Below, in pieces: positions 12,101 to 21,100 of a stretch of DNA of 64,000 nt. The DNA lies in contig CM097886.1 of the NCBI GenBank assembly GCA_044892525.1, forward strand, positions 107,322,001 to 107,386,000, in the 5' to 3' direction. The notes beneath the pieces were generated by a model. That model was not told the origin of the DNA. It worked only from the letters and a program-made list of their open reading frames with translations, and made no database searches. Position 1 is the stretch's first letter; each line of letters begins with the position of its first letter. Origin of the DNA: Schmidtea polychroa. Its lineage: Eukaryota. Made by a program: the position numbers and the translations under genes.

Positions 12101-15100
12101 TCTTCCACTAATATTTTCGCGATTGTTTTTGCTTTCTGATCTGTCATGGCGAATGCTTCCGGGAATTTCGTCAAATAATCCGTAATCACCAATATATATA
12201 TATTCCCTCTATCTGATTCTGGTAATGGACCGACTACATCCATAGATATCATTGTCATTGGTTCTGCTGGTACTGGCATTGGCTTTAATGGTGCCTTCCA
12301 TTTTGTTCCCGTGTTTTTTCTGGTGGCGCAAGTTATGCAATTTTTCACCCATTCCGTTACATCCTCGGTCAAGGTAGGCCAAAAATACTTTTGTTTCATT
12401 CGGGCTAACGTCTTTTTAGATGACATATGTCCTCCGAGTCTACCGTCATGATATTGCGTTAGCAAATCTTTACGTCTATTCTCGGGAATGCACATCAGTC
12501 TTTTCTCGCCATCCATTATCAATAACCAGTCTTTCTCTATTATATATCGATGTCGATGTTTATCCATATGCTCTTTCAATTTTTGATCTTTCTCATATAC
12601 CTCTGCTTTCCCTGTTTTCACATATTCAATGATTTGCTTCAACTCTGTATCCTCTTGTTGGTCTTTCCGTAATTGGCAAAAATCTAAATCTTCTGCCACC
12701 ATCAGACATATTCGTTGCATTTCGTGATCTACTAAATCTGGAAAGATAAATCTTGACATACAATCTGCATTGGCATTCGCTCTTCCCGCTTTGAATTTTA
12801 TGAACGGTGAATATTCTTGTAACTGCATTGCCCATCGCATCAATCTGCTTGACGCCTCCTTATGCTGACCGAGCCATACTAATGGTTGGTGATCTGTGGT
12901 GATACATATTTCGTGTCCCCATAACAAATATCGAAAATGTTTAATCGCTTGTATAATTGCTAACGCTTCTCTCTCGGTTACGGAATAGTTTTTCTCATGC
13001 TTTTTAAACGTTCTGCTGTAGTATCCAATCACTCTTTCTTTTCCTTCTTCATCCAGTTGTCCTAATATTGCTCCGGCTGCATATCCACTTGCATCTGTTG
13101 CTAATAAGAACGGTTTCTTGAAATCAGGATGTACCAGTATTGGGGCTTCAATTAATTTATCTCGCAATGTCTCAAATGCTTTTTGTTGTTCTGCACCCCA
13201 AATAAATGAAATATCCTTTTTCACTAATTCCTGTATTGGTTTCGCAATACCTGCATAGTTTTTGATGAATTTTCGATAATATCCGCATAATCCGAGAAAT
13301 TCTTGGACTTGAGTGACGGTTTTCGGTGCTGGACAGGTTTTTATTTTCTCTATATTTCTGGGATCTGGTTCTTTGCCTTTTGCTGACACTATGTGTCCTA
13401 AAAACGTAACTTTCTCTTTTGCCCAATCACACTTTGATGGTTTGAGTTTCAATTTCCATTGTCGTAATCGAACGAACACGTTTCTGATATCCTCCAAATG
13501 TTGTTCGAATGTTGCTGAATATATTAATAAATCATCAATATATACCATGCACTGCTTGATCCCGTGCGTGACGAAATTCATACATCTCTGAAATGATGCT
13601 GGGGCATTGGTCAGTCCAAATGGCATTTTCCTGAATTGATACAGGTCTCGACCCAACGTGAAGGCCGTTTTCTCCTTGTCTTCCTCTTTAACTTTGATCT
13701 GCCAATATCCGCTTTTTAGATCTAAAGACGTAAAATATGCGGCCCCTTGCAGCATAAGTAACATCTCATTGATGTCTGGTAACGGGTATGTGTCTCTTTT
13801 TGTTACTGCGTTTAGTTTCCGATAATCGATACAGAATCTCTGAGTACCGTCTTTTTTCTTCACCATGACTACCGGAAATTGCCATGGCGAACAACTTGGT
13901 TCGATCACTTGTGCATCTAGCATTTTTTGTACTTCTGCTTCGGCTATCTCTTTTTGCTTCTCTGCTAGTTTGTATGGACGTAGTGCGATTGGAGTTTCGT
14001 CTATTAATGGTATTGCGTGTAATGTAACATCGCATGCTCCCAAATCTAAATCCGAAATAGCGAATATATCTTTATATTCTATCAATAATTGTTGAAGTCT
14101 TTCCTTTTCTTTTTCCGTTAGCAATGTGCTATCGATTGTCCATAATTCGTCAGCTTTCGTTGTTTCATTGGTGATTTTTGGTAATTCGATGTCTATCATG
14201 GGTGTCAATCTACCCAATCTTTCATTTTCATATATGATCTTGTCTTCTTCCTCGAAATTTGTGATGTTAATTGGTATTTCCCCTTCGTCATTTATTGTTA
14301 TTATTTCTCTTGCTAATGGTAATTCTCGTCGTTTTTCGAATGATTTGCTTGGCTCAAAAATGGCTTCTCCTTCCATTCCTGCATCCACTTTTATTTGACA
14401 TATCATCTGGGATTTTGCTGGTACAATTATTTTCTCCGGAAATCTGATTATTGCGTTCATTTTGCATATTCTACCCATTTTATCTTTTAGGCACATTGTT
14501 GTTAGATCTATTACTACTTCTTTGAACAATTCCGGCATTAAATCCGTTCCGATTATACATGGTTCACTCAGTTTGGGTATCACCGCTAGATACGTTTCAA
14601 TTTCATTATCTTGATATCGTAACGTAGTCCACCATCTTCCTACTACGTCTACGGTTTCTTTACTGCATGCAATAATATGGATAGTTGTTTGTTCGATGTC
14701 TTTCCAACATTTACTGGGTATTTGGTTTATTGCTATTGCTGATACATTTGCTCCGGTATCTATCATTGCGCTTGTCTCTTTCCCGTTGATTTGGATCATG
14801 ACTGTTACTGCCGCGCCTCCTGGTGAACTCATTACTGCTATTGTTCTGACGTCATCAGCTTGGTCTACGCTTTTCGTTCTTCGGGTTGGCATATAGTTCA
14901 TTCCTGGTTGACTTGGTAACTGTGGATACATATTTTGTGTCATGGTCAAAGCTGTTTGTTGTCCAACGATATCTGGTGGTATATAACTTCCGTTGGCTAT
15001 CCAGGTATTTGTTTTTTCTTTCTCCCAATATGGCGCTGTTTCTATTGGCTTTTCATTCGGGTTTCTGCTTGGATATGGGTATTTGTCATTCCCATTGTCG

Positions 15101-18100
15101 TCATCATCACTATCGCTGCTGTTTGATCGATTTCTAAATCTGTCTAAAAATTTTGGTTTGTTCTTTTTCAGTTGCGTCCTTGTTGCTTCATCATACATTG
15201 TTTTCCGAAATCGTCTACCGACTTCCTCGTCAGTCCCTTTTATTTTTGTCAGTATTTTGATTAACCGTTTTATTCTGTGTATATCTTTAGAATGACCGTG
15301 CAACACCATTGTTTTCGCCAAAAATGGTAGGAAGCCTACTATCAATTTCCAATTTACTTTCTTTTCTCTCTTATAGATATCAAAACACGCTAACATTTGA
15401 GTCAATATTACTCTGACAATCTGAATAATTAAGATGATTCCCAATATTCCTGCCATCATTTGACCGAACACTAGAAATCTTCCCCACATTGCTTTCATCA
15501 TGTTTGACGTGGCTTGTTGAAAATGATCGGGTGACAATAATAGTTCGTAATTGGGACCTGATTGGAAATTCGTTCCCCCAGTTATGGTAACCATATTTGA
15601 TAGAATGGATTCTCGTCTTGCTGGGAATAGTACGTTTAGTCGTGCTGTTTCTAAATCCTCTGCTGAGTACATACCTGCTTTTGACACATCAATTGGTTTG
15701 AAATCTTGCTCTGTTGCGAGTTCTATTAATCCAAACTTTTTAGGCTCTTGTACTTCGGTTTTTACCGGTAACATTATCCATTTCCCATCGGGTTTTTCAT
15801 ATAACGGTCCGTATGCATTTGAACAGTTAAAGGTGTTCGGATAAAATCCAATTGGGTTCATAATTCTAGTGACGGGTTGAACGAATCTGTTTTGCCCTTT
15901 GTAACTAATTTCCAACTCGTTTGCGCATTTCCCTGGTGGAATTGTGGGTTTTCTTGGCAGTCGCGCAAACGTCTTGGTACATGCATATGTATACATTACC
16001 TCTCCCACCATTCTACCAAAATGTCCATCCGGTAACGGGAGTGATGGCATTGTGTTATCTGGGTGTGTTATTGCGATGGCTAATTTTGTTTTTAGTATCT
16101 CTTTATTCAATGAACAGTCATTTTGTATAAGATCGTAGTATACTTTTTGCATTGTCGTTTGTCCTCGATGAAATAAGAAGTCCATTTTGTTATTGGCGTA
16201 CAAGTACAATTTTACGTCCTCTGTTGATACCTTTCCCACTGCTCGGTCTATTACTTGCCTTGACATGTAGATACCTGCGTAGTTCGTCCGATATACTATG
16301 CTGTCACATTTGGTGGTCTCTTTTTCTCTGATGAATCTCATACCGATATCTGGATCATCTGTAATTAATGCCGTTGGTGTTTTTTGTGTTGTGAGTCTCT
16401 TTTCTTTGGGGGATGGTGGAACTGGTTTCCCATTTCGCATCCTTACGTTTCCATTCTCTTCATCGTCGTCTTCGTTTTCGTAAATTTCTCCTTTTACTTC
16501 ATTGAATAGGGCACTTTTTAACAATTGGAGTCGGCATTTTTGGGTGTTAGCTTCATAGATTATAGTCGAAATTCCCGTTCTGCACACGTTTTCCGTAGCT
16601 CTGCATGCTGGGTTGGTTTTCATTTGATAGTTGTTTGCGTCGAATTGTGCTTCGTATTCCTTCAACTCCACTGTGTAGGACTCAATTACTACTACTCCCG
16701 ATATCACCTCTCCTCTGATCGTATATGTGCCTCCGTTACATGATCCATCAGTTGATTTTACTCGTCCGGCTACATAGATACTTTCCGTCTTGATCATTCC
16801 GCTTTGTCCGTGTATTGTTACTCCATCCCTGATTCTCATCGCTCCGGTTCTAAAAAGCTCTTTACAGTCTTCCCGTTGTATAGGTACTATTTCTTTATCT
16901 AATCCAGGTAATATGAGGGTTGAATATGAGTATTGTCCACAGTAGTATGCCAACACTTTCTTCGATACTACGCATTCTCTAGCTTGCGTTCTAATGAAAT
17001 CTGATTCTTGGTATACGTGATAGGAGACTTTCTTTTTTACTATATCTAATTTATTCGGAGATGCCTGTCTACATTCCTCTATATCTCTCAGGGAGTATCT
17101 TTCTCCTATTATCGAATTGTCACAGTCGTAAATTGTAAATCCCGCGGCTCCACTGGTGCAGAGCATCCATATCATCATGGTCATCATTAGTGAATTAATC
17201 GACGCTTTTCTGCTGGCTGGGTCTTTCAATGGCAATTCCCATTCCAGCTCGTTTAGCAATTTCTTCAACCGAATTTGCATTGATCTCTCTTGGTCGTTTT
17301 TTCGTGGCGCTTGTATGAGTCTTTTCCACCCACCGGCACGGATAATATGTGGTTCGATTGTATTTTCAATGATTGTAACGGTCATTTCTACATGATTTGC
17401 GAATTGTTTGTTAGGTATTTTCCTTGCTGCTAATCCCATCAAATTGTACATTAGATACGTTAATACTACTAAATGATGTTCGTCGTCGTTTGCGTTTAAA
17501 GTTAATTGTTCAATTACTCTTCTTGTCTCTTCCCAATCGGTTTTAGTGGTTTTTGTCTTCTCTTTGATTAATTTCGGAATTATTCCGGATATTGTATTCC
17601 ATAGCTGTCTGGCATCTACGCTTGCTACTTTTCGTTGCCATAACCGTCGCAATTGTGGGTTCGTTATTATTAGCATATCTTTTACTAGCTCTCGTATCCA
17701 TTTTTCGCCTCTTTCGATTGTTGGCTGGGCCTCTTTTAGATCCCACACTATTTTATCCAGTTTCTCCAATCTGACTTGTCCTTGTTCTTGTTTCAGTTGT
17801 TCTCTGGTTTTGAATTCTGGTTTTTCTCCTTGCTTCCTAGGTCTTCCTTTTGCCCGTTTCTCCATCATTGTTCCAGTCTCTCTGGTTGTTTCGTAACTCG
17901 GGTTTCTCTCATTATCTGTTCTTGGCAATGAGCTATCGTTGTTTCTCAACCACTCATTCCATTCGTCTATTATTTTGTCCGTTTGACCTTCTGGTGTTGC
18001 TTTCGTTGGTCCTTTCTGTCGTTGGAATTGTTCGTCGGTTTCGGTTTCTGTTGTATTATCGATAATCTCCTCGATACTTAGCTTATTTGGCTGCTGATAG

Positions 18101-21100
18101 CTAGTTGACGGTTGGCTTGTTGTCCATATTTCGGCTCCTGTCGGCCATCTTACCAGAATTTGTGATCTTTCCCCAGCTCCTTCATCGCTGTCTTCCAATA
18201 TGATCTCCTCGATCTCCTCGGTTTCGTTTGATTTACTCGCCACTTTGTTAGGGCTTGGTGTACTCAAGCTACCTTTCGTAGGTTTACTGGATTTGCTCTT
18301 CCTTTTAATCGGTTTTCCCAATGTTTCTGCCATTGTCAATACATTGATCTCCCCCAATCTCATGGGTGTTATTCCGACATCTGCATTATCATCCAACGAT
18401 TTTCCGAATAGTTGTAGGTGAAATGGAGTTTCGTATGCTAATTTCTTTTTTAACTCTCTGATCTTTGTTGTTGGATGTACTTCTGTATCCTCAATGCTTT
18501 GGTCGGGATACTTGACTCGGATACGATACCTTTCCTGGGTATCTTGTGCCCATTCTTGGTTTCTCCATTTCCTAATAATTTGTTCTAGCTGCTCTGGGTA
18601 CCATTCGTTATATTGTCGGTATTCCTCAATCGCTTTCGCCATTTCTCTTAGATTGTGGATATTCTCTGATGTCTTTAGGATGATGTTAGCCAATGCTATT
18701 ACTTGTCGTTTTTGATTTTTTGCTCCCGTTGCTAAGATATCACCTAATTGTTTATATCTTTCCTTCTCTTCTCGTTCTCGAGCTTCCATCGCTTCTTCGC
18801 TGTCCATATCGGCATATTCGCGTTCTTTCTTTCTCATCGCATGAATATGTCTGGTTTCCGTTTCACTTTCTGACGTAACATCCGTTTCGCTTTCGTCGTC
18901 CGATATCGATTCTATTTCGTCCTCTTCGTATTTTGGAGGTTCATCTTCCTCTTCTTCTGATTCACTTTCTGTCTCACCAATGTCTGTTTCTACGAAAATC
19001 CCTTTCCTGATTTCCCATTCTTTGTTTTCCGCATTCCACATCCTTTCCCATGGGGTTCGTCTGCAGGATCTAGTACTCAGTTTCTTTATTTTTCCTTGAA
19101 GCTCTTTTTCTTTTAGCCACTGTTGATGAATTTCAATTATCTCTACTGATTTTTGGTATAGCGTTTTCATCCTGTCTCGTATTTCTTTCTGGTATGTTAC
19201 ATCTCTTGTTCGGAATTCGTCCATGGGCAATATTTTGATGATTTGATGATTATCCCACATTCCCATTTCACTTAACGAGGTATCGTCTTCAGCCCGTAAT
19301 ATTATTTTATCGTACATCATGACTACGTCATCTATCATACCATCACTACTCTCGCTTCGTACCTTTTCCGTTATCTCTTGGTTTATCTTGGTTACTAAGT
19401 CATCCACCGTACTCTGATTACTCATCTTTATTCGTCGTTTCTCCTCGTTTGGTAACCATATGGTTATTTCTAATTTCTGCGGTTGCGTTTCTTTTAATCT
19501 TCCGTATTTGTGGATCAAATTTATGGTTCTCCAATCGCTCATCCTGAGCAATTCTGTATCTCGTAATCGGCTCATTAGTTCATGCATAGTTGGGGTTCGT
19601 TTTGCTATGAGCAAATCCCAGTTGTCTTCAACTTGTTCTTGGATTTGTTTGATTAGTTTATCTAGATTCCGCCTTAAAGTGCATTGTTTTATTTGTTCCA
19701 ATTTCAGCTTGATATTGAAATCGTATTCAGCCTTGGCGTCTTTAGCCCATTCATGAACATTAGCTGGTTGCTTCTCTTTATGCAACTTCAATATTTGAGT
19801 TTCTCCTGGCCAGATCAATGCATCTATTAGGTGCATGTCTGGTTTGATTTGTTCTCCTTGATATTGATACAGATATTCTTTCTTTCTTGAATTACCCAAA
19901 TGTTCTCTTATCCAATCGAAAAGATCGTCTGTAACTGTATTTTTTATCCATATTCTCTCGAGTCCTTTACTCGTTCCGATTTTTATTACGTAGCGTGTTG
20001 TCTCCGCTTGTTTCATTTTTTCCATATACTTCTTTATTATCGCTTTCTCCTCGCTTGGTATTAAATCTTTTTCGTTTCTTTCCAGTTTCATTATCTTTTG
20101 TATGAAGCGTCTGTATGGTATGATGTCAATGAAATCCTGGTTTCTTACCACCACTGGAAGTATTTCTTTTACTTGTTTTATCGCCTCTTCTTTTTCCTTT
20201 CTCAGTTTCATCTCGATATTCTCATCTTCACTTTCGCTTGCCACATCGCTTTCACTTTTCTCCTCATCTTCTCCGATCTTTTTCTTTAGTTGTTCGATAT
20301 TTTCATTTAACTGTAATATTTCTCCACCAAGGCTACTCACATAATCCTCCTCGTCATCTGTTGACAATACCTTCTTTGTCGTCCTCATCATGTTAATTCG
20401 TAAGTTTCTCATTCTTGATACTTTCTTGAGCTTTTTATTCTCAAATATCGTTAATTCTTCCGATTCTAATTCTTGTACCATTTCATGGGTTAAATGACTA
20501 GTTTGTTTCTCGTTTCCGTCATTTATCGCTTCTGCTTCTGTTTTTGTTTTCTCATGTTCTCTTTCGATCTTATCTTTTATCTTTTTCCAAAATATTTTCT
20601 GGATTCTCTGATTTCCCTTTAGTGGTGTTGTTGGATTTTCCTTTTTATCTTCCGTAACCGTTTCTTTCGGCTTCTCTGGTTCGATCATAGGTACAACTCT
20701 TGGATTTTTACCATAATTGTAACAATATTGCTCCTTTATCTCTTTTACCATTCTCATCATATTTATTCGTAATGGTTGTTCTTGTCGCTGCTGAATTCGC
20801 TCTCTTTTTATTCTCTCTTCCTCAGCTTGTAGTCTCTGCCATTCTTGTGCATGTTGTTGCACTTCATAATTGTTAAGATTTTCGGTGCTCCTCATCATAC
20901 GTATATTCTGAGTTTGTTGTGCTACTGGTTCTTGTCTCGGTCTCATCATTTGTTGCATCATCTGTTTCATTTGTGAAATTTCTTGCATCACGTTCATTTG
21001 CTTTCCTTCACTGGGGTTACTTTGTCGTTGCGGATTAGGTGCATAATTATTGTTTCGTTGTGGTGGTTGTTGTTGTTGGCTCCTTTCTCGGCAATCTCTT

